Shown here in pieces: positions 19,528-30,366 of a DNA stretch of 64,000 bases (position 1 is its first letter; each line of letters starts with the position of its first letter). The position numbers and the translations under genes are program-made. The stretch comes from a virus, in IMG/VR virus record IMGVR_UViG_3300050343_000185, one strand, 5' to 3'. Under the pieces are notes generated by a model. The model was not told the DNA's origin and searched no databases. It saw only the letters and a list, made by a program, of their open reading frames with translations.

Positions 19528-20139
19528 TCAACTTCCGAAGGTTAGTGTTGCAGCACCATCTGACATTACTTCTTCAGTACCACCCGCAGAGGTGATCTTG
19601 ACTCTAAACTTGTTACCGTCCAGAGTATCGCCAGCGAGACCACTGTAAGCAAGAGTTGCTGTCGTGAAGTCTGCATAAGTAATACCTGTGTCTGTGCCAG
19701 CAGCGATGTTAACCCAACGCTTACCAGTTGCAGTTTGACGCTGCCACTGATATGCAAGTGCTCCAGGTGTTCCTGTTGTCGTAGTGGTGAGGGTATAAGT
19801 ACCAGAACCTGAAGAAGATGTAGAGTTAGCAGGTTGAACCGTAATGGTAACTGCCGATGCTACGTCTGCTGCGATGGCATCATCTGCCTGAGTTTCTGTG
19901 CCATCAGGATTAGCAACAAAAATAAGTTGCTCTGCCTTATGACGGGTTGCGCCAGAAGAATCAGTATAGGTGAAATAAGACCACCAACCAGGACCAGTAA
20001 TACCACGGGACTTGGTTTCGTTTAGTTGTGCTTCAGTCTCGTCAACGAAGACTGTAGTTTTTGCTTGACTTGACGCTGCAATGCCTACACCAGCTTTGGT
20101 TTTATTTGCATTGCTGTCAGTTCTTCCGTATAGAGACAT
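19528..20139 (-). CDS. Ig-like domain protein (possible virion decoration)
   Basis: ITVQP...LAYQWQ...LDGNKFRVKIT Ig-fold pattern. Confidence 0.65.
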   Translation of the reverse strand: MSLYGRTDSNANKTKAGVGIAASSQAKTTVFVDETEAQLNETKSRGITGPGWWSYFTYTDSSGATRHKAEQLIFVANPDGTETQADDAIAADVASAVTITVQPANSTSSSGSGTYTLTTTTTGTPGALAYQWQRQTATGKRWVNIAAGTDTGITYADFTTATLAYSGLAGDTLDGNKFRVKITSAGGTEEVMSDGAATLTFGS

Positions 20140-20179
20140 GTTTATTCAGCGTTTATTTTCCTAATGGTTATTTATATTC

Positions 20180-20383
20180 TTAGGAATCTTTGCGAGCAGC
20201 AATCGCTTTCGATACAACTTCCAGAAGTTGATCGTCCATGTCAGTCTTAGTTAACTTAACTGCCTTAGCAAGAATAGCAAGACAGATCTCAACAAGTTTC
20301 TCGCCCAGTTCTTCATTTTCTGGAATTTTATTAACAGCATCAGAAATAATTTTGGATGCTAGTGGAAGTAGAAAGGATAACAT
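20180..20383 (-). CDS. Hypothetical protein
   Basis: 67 aa, preceded by ATAAATA at about 20409-20415. Confidence 0.65.
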   Translation of the reverse strand: MLSFLLPLASKIISDAVNKIPENEELGEKLVEICLAILAKAVKLTKTDMDDQLLEVVSKAIAARKDS

Positions 20384-20410
20384 TGGTTCATGTCATAGAG
20401 CATGAACTAT

Positions 20411-20770
20411 TTATTTCTCCCACTCGTCTAAAATAGATGTCAATTTTGACATGAACTGTTTAAAATTTAAAAGTGTTCCAGAACGGTAGTCGCGTCTTGC
20501 TTTTGCTACACCAGTTTCAAAAGATTCTTCTAGTGGATCAAAACCTCTGCCTTTAACAACAGCAGACCATGGAGCATACAAAGGACCCTGATAGTTCTTT
20601 GACTCATTAGTAGGTTTAGTAACCATGCCCTTCTGTCCGTCATTAACAGTAGGCATGACTTCTACAGTGCTCTTTTCTTTTTTCTTGGTTTTTTTATTAC
20701 AGCAACTTTTCTTACAATCTTTGGGGCAACTACTGCCACAATCTTCGCGAAGTTGTTTGAATGTTTTCAT
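20411..20770 (-). CDS. Hypothetical protein
   Basis: 119 aa; MKTFKQLRE N-terminus typical of T4-like head-associated proteins. Confidence 0.65.
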   Translation of the reverse strand: MKTFKQLREDCGSSCPKDCKKSCCNKKTKKKEKSTVEVMPTVNDGQKGMVTKPTNESKNYQGPLYAPWSAVVKGRGFDPLEESFETGVAKARRDYRSGTLLNFKQFMSKLTSILDEWEK

Positions 20771-21321
20771 TTTTTCTTTGACATACCAATGATCTTAGAG
20801 ACCTTCTTACGACGCATGTGGAGATACTTGTCAGACTTATCTACATCGCCATCGTTATCGATGTCAGCATCTGCCTTACCTACGGGGTCAAGTTTCTTTT
20901 CAGTGAGTTCATCACCTTCATATTCAACGCCTGCTTTTACACAGTTGTTAACTTCTTTACCACCTTTTTTCTTAGTGCCTTGCTTCTTATATCCTTTCCA
21001 GCATGAGGTGTTGCCGTTGTCATCAACGCCATCCATCTTTACTTTCTCGATGACATAAATCTCGCCATCGATCTCATACTCTTCACGCTCAAGAACTTCT
21101 ACTTCTTCTTTCTTGACCGTTTTCTTTGCTTTCTTTGCTTTTACCGTAGTGTCTTCAATTTCAGCACCATTGGACTGCTGTGGCATACCATCAAATGCTG
21201 CTTCGCTAATGGTAGTATTCTGGAAGGTGTCTCCACCCATCCACTTACCATATGCTTCCATCAACTCAGACGAAAACTCGTCATTATTGTTAACACTATT
21301 GACTGTCTTCTGATACTTCAT
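20767..21321 (-). CDS. Hypothetical acidic protein with CWKGY and EF-hand-like DIDNDGDVD motifs
   Basis: 184 aa ORF. Confidence 0.65.
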   Translation of the reverse strand: MKYQKTVNSVNNNDEFSSELMEAYGKWMGGDTFQNTTISEAAFDGMPQQSNGAEIEDTTVKAKKAKKTVKKEEVEVLEREEYEIDGEIYVIEKVKMDGVDDNGNTSCWKGYKKQGTKKKGGKEVNNCVKAGVEYEGDELTEKKLDPVGKADADIDNDGDVDKSDKYLHMRRKKVSKIIGMSKKK

Positions 21322-21553
21322 CGTTTAACAAGGAGGTTCTTCTCGTATTATTTATAGATCTAATATTCTTAATCCACTCCCTAAACATATTACCTTCTTC
21401 AGAAATTACGATAGCATAGTTTCCACCTACTCTATGGAGATGTCCTTTCTCTCCTGTACGTGATGACATGACAGCATCACCTTCTTTAAATATTTCTTCC
21501 TGCCGCTGTTGTTGACGCAGTGCTTCTTCACGTAGTTTCTTGAAATCTTTCAT
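21296..21553 (-). CDS. Hypothetical SH3-like protein
   Basis: 85 aa; FKEGDAV...G.LHRVGGNYAIV. Confidence 0.65.
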   Translation of the reverse strand: MKDFKKLREEALRQQQRQEEIFKEGDAVMSSRTGEKGHLHRVGGNYAIVISEEGNMFREWIKNIRSINNTRRTSLLNDEVSEDSQ

Positions 21554-22113
21554 TTAAAATTCGCAGGTAGATTTGCTTGTATCTCAATCATCATTTGCTG
21601 GCACTGTTTATCATTCAATGCTCTGGGAATACCAGAACGAAATGTTTTAAAGTCGTTAGCAAATGCGGCACGTCTCATCTTCGTTCCAGAAATAGCAAAG
21701 GTATCTCCATCAGCATCTCTGCTACCAGAAGATTGTATCTCGATTTTTCTGAACGAGAAGTCTTTACCATTGTATTTGTGTAAGAACTGCATCGCACCAA
21801 CACGATCGGATCCAACTAAAAATACAACTTCATTATATCCTCCCAACATTAAGTCTTGCATAATAGCGACAGGATCTTTAGGTCCAGAAATTATTTTACC
21901 ACGATGTTCTGGAAACATCAAGTTCATATAATACAATTTACGATCAGGTGGTAAGGGGTTCTTACCTTTAGTATCAAACGTCTGAGAGATATAGATCCGA
22001 TAGTCATGACTACCCGCGATACGTTTCACCCCATCAAAGTTATCTTTGTGTCCTGTGGTAGGTGGTTGAAACCTACCAAATGTAAAGTAGCAAGTATTAC
22101 AATTTAACGCCAT
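21550..22113 (-). CDS. Cytidylyltransferase-like (HxGH) nucleotidyltransferase
   Basis: TFGRFQPPTTGH, LVGSDR and ISGTKMR motifs. Confidence 0.85.
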   Translation of the reverse strand: MALNCNTCYFTFGRFQPPTTGHKDNFDGVKRIAGSHDYRIYISQTFDTKGKNPLPPDRKLYYMNLMFPEHRGKIISGPKDPVAIMQDLMLGGYNEVVFLVGSDRVGAMQFLHKYNGKDFSFRKIEIQSSGSRDADGDTFAISGTKMRRAAFANDFKTFRSGIPRALNDKQCQQMMIEIQANLPANFK

Positions 22114-23306
22114 TGCTTCTGTAGGGTGAAGTTATTGTAAGCAAACTCCATACGGTTGACAAACTTAATCATATCACCGTCTTTATGTAAGACATATCCT
22201 TCAGGAGTTGTGACCTTATATCCTTTTTCTGTTTGGACAAAAGTCCTGAACTCTTCTAGATGGTCAAGTTTATCTATAACCATTTGCTTGACTGCTTGTA
22301 GTTCTTTATACAAAGTAAGCATTGCTTTGAACTTGTATACATTATCTACTACGTAGTTCTGACTACCATATACAAGTTCTCTCTTCTTAGTCAGGTTTGC
22401 AACTGTCTTGATCTTGGCAAGTTCTTTACTTGTTTTCTCCTCATAGAAGTTCAACATGTCATACATCGTCTCATCAATTCTAACAATACTACGAGCATTC
22501 TTGATTTCATTATTAAAGAACTGTTTGAGATAAGATGCTATATGAAATTTAGAATCACCAGTAGTGCCTGTCTTGGCAACTAATTCGTCCAAGAAATTAC
22601 CACAGATACCACACATACGTTCGATCTTTGAAATATAGTTATTGAATTTAGTCATCTCCGCTTTAGAGAAACCAACCCTATCCATAGGAGTATCATTTTT
22701 GACAAGTAGAACTTCAGGAATATCATTGTAAGTATCAACAGGAGCTCCCGCCAATGCTTGCATTGTAGGTAAGTCAGTTCCCCGATAATGAGTATGAAAT
22801 ACTACACCAATTTTTGATCTACCTGCTGCTTTACCAATAGGATGATCTACTGGAATACCATAGGTAATAGTGTTAGGTCTAAAAGTGTATAGTAGTTCCC
22901 CATTTATAGTTTCTTTTTTAATATCAGAAGTGTAAAGAAGATCTCCTTGAATAACTCCCGTGATACCAAGTTTACTAAAATACCTATACGAAAACTTGAG
23001 TTTTTCTGCAAGGTCTCCACTATACATGGAGTCAACATCTTCTTCCGAATAACAAATCTTGGGAGTGTCTTTATTAAATACAGACTTAGTTCCCACAAAA
23101 AAGATATTAGCGAGAGGATCCATACCACAGATAACAGAAGGCGCACCGTCCCATTTAGTTTGCATAAAACCACCACTCTCTTGCTGACCCAACATCTTGC
23201 GGAGTTCTTTTAAAAATGATACTGCTGCCTTACACCCATCGACGCCATAGTTCAGCATCTCATCTTCCAAGTGCTCTAGGTGCTTGAGCTGTTTAATGTT
23301 TGCCAT
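22104..23306 (-). CDS. Uncharacterised protein with ligase-type covalent nucleotidyltransferase motifs (DUF6267-like)
   Basis: KWDG (motif I), IQGDLL (III), YTF (IIIa), EGYVL (IV) and MIKF (V) occur in the canonical order. Confidence 0.6.
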   Translation of the reverse strand: MANIKQLKHLEHLEDEMLNYGVDGCKAAVSFLKELRKMLGQQESGGFMQTKWDGAPSVICGMDPLANIFFVGTKSVFNKDTPKICYSEEDVDSMYSGDLAEKLKFSYRYFSKLGITGVIQGDLLYTSDIKKETINGELLYTFRPNTITYGIPVDHPIGKAAGRSKIGVVFHTHYRGTDLPTMQALAGAPVDTYNDIPEVLLVKNDTPMDRVGFSKAEMTKFNNYISKIERMCGICGNFLDELVAKTGTTGDSKFHIASYLKQFFNNEIKNARSIVRIDETMYDMLNFYEEKTSKELAKIKTVANLTKKRELVYGSQNYVVDNVYKFKAMLTLYKELQAVKQMVIDKLDHLEEFRTFVQTEKGYKVTTPEGYVLHKDGDMIKFVNRMEFAYNNFTLQKQWR

Positions 23307-24451
23307 TAGTCTACGTACCCATCCTCAGGAACACTGAACACAGCTTCACCATCAAACTTATACGCTGACTGTAGTTTATCAGGCCATGGGTCCGCACTGC
23401 CGCTAGTGTCACGAATGTTAAACTTAAGTTCCATGATGGGTGTGTTGACCGTGATATCAACACGTTGTCCTGTCCCAGTCTTGCCGCCATAGTGGACAGT
23501 TACAGAAGTGATACTAGTAGCGCGATCACATAACTGTTTTGTCATGGGAAAGTTTTTAATTTTACTTCCCTGCTTATGTGTATAGTGATATCCATATCCA
23601 ATAGATCCACGAATCATACCCTGCAACAAAGTTCTATTAAATTGTGGGTTGGGATCATTTCCACCACTTCTAACTCTACCCATCGCTGCTTCATTAAAAA
23701 TTCTACAAAACCTATCGTTATTAATACCAAAAGTTTCTAAAACTTTTAATCCAACATCAGTTTGGATAACACCTTTCTGTATATCATCCTTGGTAAATAT
23801 TTTTTTTACTCCCAAGTTAGACATGGTAGTAGTACCACTAGTTTTAAGAGAAAGATAGATAACACTTTTTTTAGATCCTTTCTTTGTTGTCAGTGTAAGG
23901 TCTGTAACTGTAGATCCAATATCATAGTGTGATCCATCAGCATCGCCAACTTTCCAATTTCCATTCTCATACTTAAGAGGTCTCTTTTTATTTTCACCAC
24001 CTTCAGCAACTACTTTCACAACTTGACAATCTTCTAGATCGTAATACTTAATTAAATCATCAATAAATCCTTTGTATTGATTGTTTGTATATTCTCCATC
24101 TTCAATCCAATCGTTCAATCCATTCTCAAGTTGTCCTTCAAATAAATTGCCTCTATTACCTGTGCCACGATTACCTCTGCTACCATCACCCCAAGTAATT
24201 TTAAAATTAGTATCTAATCCTACCTGTTTTTTAACCTTTGTTACATCAACTGTTCCTTTCAAACCACGCATAATTTTACAACTCTTACCTGCTTTAGTTT
24301 TAGGATTAAATGCCAACGCATCTTCTATGCCATAATGCTCTTTAATATGGTTGTAGAACTGAATGATTGGTCCTATGTATTTCTTTTCAATACTACTCCC
24401 AGCAAGAGATCTCATCTCAGAGGAGTTTTTAGGTATGCTATTAAATGCCAT
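23306..24451 (-). CDS. Putative PD-(D/E)xK restriction-like nuclease
   Basis: GNLFE...TDLTL...YLSLK pattern. Late promoter CTAAATA (24472-24478) and GGAGG upstream. Confidence 0.45.
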   Translation of the reverse strand: MAFNSIPKNSSEMRSLAGSSIEKKYIGPIIQFYNHIKEHYGIEDALAFNPKTKAGKSCKIMRGLKGTVDVTKVKKQVGLDTNFKITWGDGSRGNRGTGNRGNLFEGQLENGLNDWIEDGEYTNNQYKGFIDDLIKYYDLEDCQVVKVVAEGGENKKRPLKYENGNWKVGDADGSHYDIGSTVTDLTLTTKKGSKKSVIYLSLKTSGTTTMSNLGVKKIFTKDDIQKGVIQTDVGLKVLETFGINNDRFCRIFNEAAMGRVRSGGNDPNPQFNRTLLQGMIRGSIGYGYHYTHKQGSKIKNFPMTKQLCDRATSITSVTVHYGGKTGTGQRVDITVNTPIMELKFNIRDTSGSADPWPDKLQSAYKFDGEAVFSVPEDGYVD

Positions 24452-24470
24452 AAGAAAACCTCCCGCCTAA

Positions 24471-24668
24471 CTATTTAGAGGGGAGGTTGAGATAATCTTT
24501 TTCACTTTGATATGGGTGGGTTTGTCCTGTCCATAATCTATACCCTTCCTTAACTTCTGGCAAGAGCCACTGGTCCACACGAACACATTGCTCCCAGTTG
24601 ACAGGGTGAGCACAACTCACCACTACAACAGAAAAGAATGCTCGTAGGTGGATCCAGAGACTGAACAT
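24471..24668 (-). CDS. Hypothetical protein with a lipobox-like VVSC
   Basis: 65 aa with a hydrophobic N-terminus and Cys at about position 19. Confidence 0.55.
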   Translation of the reverse strand: MFSLWIHLRAFFSVVVVSCAHPVNWEQCVRVDQWLLPEVKEGYRLWTGQTHPYQSEKDYLNLPSK

Positions 24669-25071
24669 TATCTGTCGCCAGCAGCACGAACTTCTGAGTT
24701 ATGAACATTGAACTCACCACCTGGATAACGCTTCTTGAGTTTGTTGACGTTAGTTTCAATTACCTCATCGAAGGATATATCAAGTGCCATTGTAGCTTGA
24801 GCAACATACCACATAACATCACCCAACTCAATGATAAGATGCTCACGATTATCTTCGTTCCACGGTTTTCCTTGGAAGACCATTTTTTTAATGATCTCAA
24901 GGAACTCACCGCCCTCAGCATTAATTCCAACCCCAGCAGTAAGAAGTCTCTCAATATTGGCACCTTGTCGATCAAGATCCCCAATACGATCAGCAAAGTC
25001 AACAAAGTTTGTAGAGCCTCTGAAGTAACTGCTGAAACAAATTCTTCATAGCGTTCAAATTTAATAGTCAT
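24668..25071 (-). CDS. mazG: MazG-like nucleoside triphosphate pyrophosphohydrolase; one indel
   Basis: EGGEFLEIIKK...ELGDVMWY motifs; -1 indel at about 25015 (restores SEASTNFVD). Confidence 0.88.
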
Positions 25072-26457
25072 ACGTTCCACTCAGCAAATTTAGATAGTCG
25101 GTTTTGTGTTTGTGCAAATTGTGAGAACTCTTCACCAGGGTCCTCTTCGATTGATGTTGATGTCAGAAGCATCCTCCGCTACATCATACAGCCTCATCTT
25201 GGATCTGTCAATTCCCACCATGAATTTTCGTGAGGCAGCGGTTTCGTTGTATCTGTTCTTAAGTTGTTTGACCATGATGCGACCCTGTTGTTCAAGTTCA
25301 TCAGTACTGATAAGAGCAAACATAAAGTCAGCAGTGGCAGGCAAACCAAAAGACTCAGAAGTATCGGTAAGGTCAGGATCACTATTGCCATAACCACTGC
25401 GAGTAGTTTGAGTAGCTGTGACAATAGGAACATTACATTCCACAGCAAGACCCCGAAGCTCCTCAGCAATCGCCTTGACATACGTGTAAGAATTGACAAT
25501 CGCACCTTTATACCTCGCTGATGCACAGATGTTTAGATAATCAATATAGATTATATCTGGTTTGAAATCTCTCTTGAGAGACAGATCACTTATGAGTGAT
25601 TTGAAGTGTCCAGCATGTGCTGATGCTGTGGGATACTCTTTGATAATAAGTTTGCCTCTAGTTTTCCTAGAGATCTCTTGAACTTTAGAATTGAAGATAA
25701 CTTCAGGTAGTTCAGCAATATCTTTGATAGAAACATTTAAAAGATTCGCGTCAATTCGTTCAGCAATTTTCTCCTCTGCCATTTCACATGTAATATAGAG
25801 TACGTTCCTCCCCTGGGTGAGTGCGGCACCAGCGCAATGGCACATGAATAGAGACTTGCCGACACCCGTTCCAGCAAGAGCGACACTGAGAGTCTTGTTA
25901 GAGATACCACCTTTAGTAATATAGTTAAACTTTTCCAGATCAAAGGGAACCTTCTCTTCTTTGCGGTGATAGAATTCATAGCGGTCTTTTGCTTGTTCAA
26001 TGTAATCGTGTCCTATGTGTTCGTCGAACGATACTGCCAAGGCTTCTTGTAAGATACCTGGGATCGCATCCTTTGATATTTTTTTATCGCCTCCATCTGC
26101 GATCTTGATCGAGGACATAAGGGCGAGATAGATTGCTCTGTCTTGACACCACTTTTCGGTTGCGTCGAGGAGCCACTCGTAGTCAACCCATTCGTCTGTG
26201 AGTCCTCGTATTGTCGATAACGAATCTCTGAACGTTTCGTCAGTAAGATCATTACGATTTTGGAGATTAATCGATAAGACTTCTTGAGTAGGAACTTTGT
26301 CATACTTACCAGCGAAGTCAGCGATCTCTTCAAAGATAACTTTCTCATGATACTCCTCAAAATAATCTGCTCTTAGGAAAGGAACTACCTTACGATAATA
26401 CTCTTCAGTGAAGATGAGATTACGTAAGATAGTTTGTTGAATGCGCTCAGTTGCCAT
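25068..26457 (-). CDS. gp41: Replicative DNA helicase (T4 gp41-like); one indel near the C-terminus
   Basis: Walker [20 protein letters not shown]; +1 indel at about 25150. Confidence 0.93.
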
Positions 26458-27459
26458 AAGAGAATTCTTTCTGTGCTGCTTCTTCAAGTTTAGTCATTAC
26501 TTCTTCAGTGAAGTATTTTTCAGGGTCTGCGAGAATCGATTTAGGATAAACAGAAGAACCATCAATCTTAATACGATTGCCAACACGCTCAAAGACTCCG
26601 TATCGTTCACCCAGTTCCAGTAGTCCGTAATACTTGTCAAGTCCACGTTCGTCAAAAAATAAACGTGTCTCAATTTTACTACCTTCTTTTGTTAAACGAG
26701 ACTTCTTCGCCTCACACTTGATGATGTTACCTACTAATTCAGTACCATCTTTCTCTTTCTTCTTACCAAGATAAATGATTGTGGAAGCAGCATACTTAAG
26801 ACCTGTTCCCCCACCCATTTCTTTCATCGGAACATAAGAACCGATAACATCATATGTATGGTTGGTAACAATCATAGGAACAGATGCCTGTCCTAGTTTG
26901 AGGGTAAGCACACGAAAGGCACCCTTGATCAACTGACTCTTAGTCATGTCTCTGACCTGCTTGTCATTAGCAACGTCTTCCATCTCCTTAGATGTTGAGA
27001 GCATACCAAGAGAGTCTAACACAAATAGCATAGGAACCCTCTCGTCTTTAGGTTCTTTCACATACTTGTCTAGGATACGACAAGCTTGTGTCCTAAACTC
27101 TTCGATCGTTGCGACAGGCATGATGATCATACGTGAACTGTCAATGCCACGAGTCTCAATCATATCACGCGAGATAGCAGATTCAGACTCAAAATAAATG
27201 ACTCCACCCGTAGGATTATCAGCAAGGAAATTACTAACGACGCTGAGAGCAAAAAAAGTCTTACCAGTGCTTGATTCTCCAGCCAAGGCAGTAACTTTAT
27301 TGGAGGGTAGACCTCCAAACAACGAACCACTAACCAGGGCATTAAAGATGTAAGACCCAGTATCAACGTAAGATGTAATATCGCCAGCAGCAACCCCTTC
27401 ACTAACACGACTAGCAAACTCATTGCCACTATCCTTAATTACTGTGTCTAGAATCCCAT
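26447..27459 (-). CDS. uvsX: RecA-like recombinase UvsX; one indel in codon 4
   Basis: [21 protein letters not shown]. The true start MGF[L]DTVIKDSG at 27459 needs one extra base at about 27451. Confidence 0.92.
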
Positions 27460-27623
27460 TGGTTTACATTCTCCTCGTAAAAGTTTACATAATTATAAGA
27501 CTGCTTCATGAGTTTAGAAAACCCAATAGCAGTTTGGTAGTCCTCAAAGCACTTAATGTCCTCTGGTCCTACTTGACCGACAAGATGGTTAGTCCATGTC
27601 ACAACAAAGATTCTCTTACTCAT
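27450..27623 (-). CDS. Hypothetical protein
   Basis: [13 protein letters not shown]...; the start overlaps the gp43 stop. Confidence 0.55.
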
Positions 27624-30112
27624 CCAAAGAAACTCGTAATGGTAATGGTTTTCTCGTGTTGCCAACCGACACAGTATAGCACGTTTTTCAGTGGTTCGAG
27701 AAAAGACTTTTCAAATTGTGTCTGGTAGTCCACATACTTCTCGATACCAAACTCCTTAGGCAACTCGCCAAAGAAACTAACCACATTCTCATGGAGAGGG
27801 TTAGGTGTCTTGAGATACATGAACTTGATCTTCTCACCTTCTTGAATAAGAGGATGCTTGTGTTCTACCTTATGTTTCTTGACATAATAATTATAGAGCA
27901 GAGCACCCCTTACCGCAATGGGTGTTCCTTTCTGGTAAATCTCAGTCGGGTGGCGATATTTTGCCAGGTTGTTAACGCCTCTGGGGAAGGCAACCTCTTC
28001 GTAAGGTCGCAGTCTGGTCTCTGCTCGGACAACATTGATGAAATCGATAAGTTCATCATTTGTCTTGCCGATAATAATCTTAAACGCTGCATACAATTTA
28101 TCCCTAAAATAAGCTGGAGTAGAAGAACGAGCAGTCTCCAGACCCATGATTTTCATCTTTGGTTCTTTATATCTAACGCCTTCACTGTCCCATACGTTTA
28201 GAATGTAACGCTTCTTCGCAGTCCAGATACCACGATCAGCGATGTTCTCACGCTTCATACTCATCTTTTGATCATACGCCGCAACGTAATCCGCAAGTTC
28301 CTGATAAGAGGATTCGATGAATGGTTCCAACTTGTCTTCACAGATCTTGTCAAGTATGGAAACAATTGCTGCTTTGTCGCTAGACTTAGCACCAAAAAAT
28401 TTATCAACAAGAGGTCCGAGATTAAGATAAATTGAGTCAGTGTCAGATGCGATGACATAATCAACCGAATCTGTAGAGAGCAGTTTATTTAGGTACTGGT
28501 TCATCTTGCTCTCAATCCATCTGATGGAAACCTGACCGGATAGAGTGATTGCCTCAGCATTAGCAAGACGATAGTATCTAAAGTGTTCGTTGCCGATAGC
28601 ACCATAAGCAGAGTTCAAAGAGATCTTCTTTGCCATCTGGATGTTATTACAACGGGCAATCTCTTTCATGAGTTCAACAGTAGGAGTTTTCTCATACTGT
28701 TGCTTCGCCTTGATCATTCTCTTCTTGAATATAACACGACTGTCATACATCTTCTTCATCATTTGTGGCAGGAACCCGTGCTTATCTTTACGATACTGAG
28801 CTCCATTAGCACACACAGCATACTCACCATCAATCTCTACTTCGCCCTCAAGGATCTTATCAACTGTAACTGTTGAATGTCTCTGGTCGAGTAGTGTCTC
28901 GGGTGAAATATTGTACTGCATAATGAGATGAGGATACAGAGAGTTGAGATCAAAAGACACCACCCAATCATAGAATCCAGGCTTCGGTTCCTTAACATAT
29001 GCCCCCGCATACTTCTCTGTTTTAGTTGCACTCTCTTTCTTAGGAGGGATAGCAATCTTACGCCTAAGAAGTTCACAGTAAATGTAGTTGTCCCACATAC
29101 GAACCTGTGAAAACACGTCCTCATAGTTTACCTTAGCATCATATGCCATGGTGTATGCTAGTTCAACCAACTTCATCTTATCATCTAGTTGATCTACCAG
29201 ACGAACATCATGAATGTTGTATTCAATAAACTTCTGCCAGTCTCCCTCGTAGAACTCTTTGAATGTGTCAAACTCTGAGTGATCTAGTTTCTTAGATCCA
29301 AGTTCAACAAAAGCAATATGGTCCAGACGATATGATTCTTGGTTGGTGTAAGTAAACTTCTTATACAACTCAAGGTAATCAAGTTGCGAGATGCCAAGCA
29401 TATCAATAGAGAAGTTCTTACGACCTTTGATAAAGATCTCACGTTGCGATACAAGTTTCCAAGGCGACAACAGTTTCACAAATTTCTCACCCATAATACG
29501 ATTGATACGATTATGGATGTATGGCATATCGAACAGCTGACAGTTCCAACCGGTAACCACATCAGGATAGTTCTCCTGCCAATACTGTAGGAAAGCACCC
29601 ATCATGGTCTCCTCAGACCTGAAGTGCATGTAGTCAACCATCTTGTCCTGGTTGTCAAATGGACGGGCACCAAAGACCGTTATACGACCCGTGAAGGAGT
29701 CCTTGATACTGATAGCAAGAATCTCTTGGTCTGCCGTCTCAATGTCAGGGAAACCATTCTCAGCAGCAGTCTCGATGTCAATAGTAAAGACACGGATCTT
29801 GCTACTATCAAACTTCAGTTCCTCTTCAGGATGTTGCTCGGCAATGTATTGATACAAGAAACGAGAGTTTCCATAGATATCAAAGTCATCAACTTCTTTA
29901 TATTGTTTGATGAACTCACGAGCATCATTGATAGAACCAAACTTATGTGGTTCTACACAATCACCTTCTAGTGTTTTCCACTCAGAATAATTCTTACTAG
30001 GCAAGTACATCGTGGGACTAAACGGAACCCTTACGCTGTAGCGATTGCCATTCTCATAACCACGGACAAGCAGACGATTGCCTGCTTGCTCAACACTAGT
30101 GTAAAACTTCAT
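27620..30112 (-). CDS. gp43: Family B DNA polymerase (T4 gp43-like)
   Basis: Exonuclease DIET; SFDLNSLYP, KISLNSAYG, SDTDS. Confidence 0.97.
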   Translation of the reverse strand: MKFYTSVEQAGNRLLVRGYENGNRYSVRVPFSPTMYLPSKNYSEWKTLEGDCVEPHKFGSINDAREFIKQYKEVDDFDIYGNSRFLYQYIAEQHPEEELKFDSSKIRVFTIDIETAAENGFPDIETADQEILAISIKDSFTGRITVFGARPFDNQDKMVDYMHFRSEETMMGAFLQYWQENYPDVVTGWNCQLFDMPYIHNRINRIMGEKFVKLLSPWKLVSQREIFIKGRKNFSIDMLGISQLDYLELYKKFTYTNQESYRLDHIAFVELGSKKLDHSEFDTFKEFYEGDWQKFIEYNIHDVRLVDQLDDKMKLVELAYTMAYDAKVNYEDVFSQVRMWDNYIYCELLRRKIAIPPKKESATKTEKYAGAYVKEPKPGFYDWVVSFDLNSLYPHLIMQYNISPETLLDQRHSTVTVDKILEGEVEIDGEYAVCANGAQYRKDKHGFLPQMMKKMYDSRVIFKKRMIKAKQQYEKTPTVELMKEIARCNNIQMAKKISLNSAYGAIGNEHFRYYRLANAEAITLSGQVSIRWIESKMNQYLNKLLSTDSVDYVIASDTDSIYLNLGPLVDKFFGAKSSDKAAIVSILDKICEDKLEPFIESSYQELADYVAAYDQKMSMKRENIADRGIWTAKKRYILNVWDSEGVRYKEPKMKIMGLETARSSTPAYFRDKLYAAFKIIIGKTNDELIDFINVVRAETRLRPYEEVAFPRGVNNLAKYRHPTEIYQKGTPIAVRGALLYNYYVKKHKVEHKHPLIQEGEKIKFMYLKTPNPLHENVVSFFGELPKEFGIEKYVDYQTQFEKSFLEPLKNVLYCVGWQHEKTITITSFFG

Positions 30113-30366
30113 TCAAGAGATTCGATATAACGAGCAAGGAGTGCCTTGCTTGGATTAGTCACAACAGTCAGGTCAGAAGACCTAACGTTGAATTCACGTT
30201 CAGCAGCATGAGGAGCCCATTGATTTATTTGACCTTCACAGTCTACCACATAGGGTTCGATCATCCACACGTCAGGGTCACCTGGTAAGGTGTCCCCTTC
30301 AGCAGGTTCTACTTGAGCGATGATCCACTCATTCTGCAACTTGATTAGGTTCGCTGTTATTTCCAT
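30109..30366 (-). CDS. Hypothetical protein (Sm-like beta fold)
   Basis: LIKLQNEWIIA...MIEPY pattern; paralogous with the two upstream genes. Confidence 0.6.
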   Translation of the reverse strand: MEITANLIKLQNEWIIAQVEPAEGDTLPGDPDVWMIEPYVVDCEGQINQWAPHAAEREFNVRSSDLTVVTNPSKALLARYIESLE

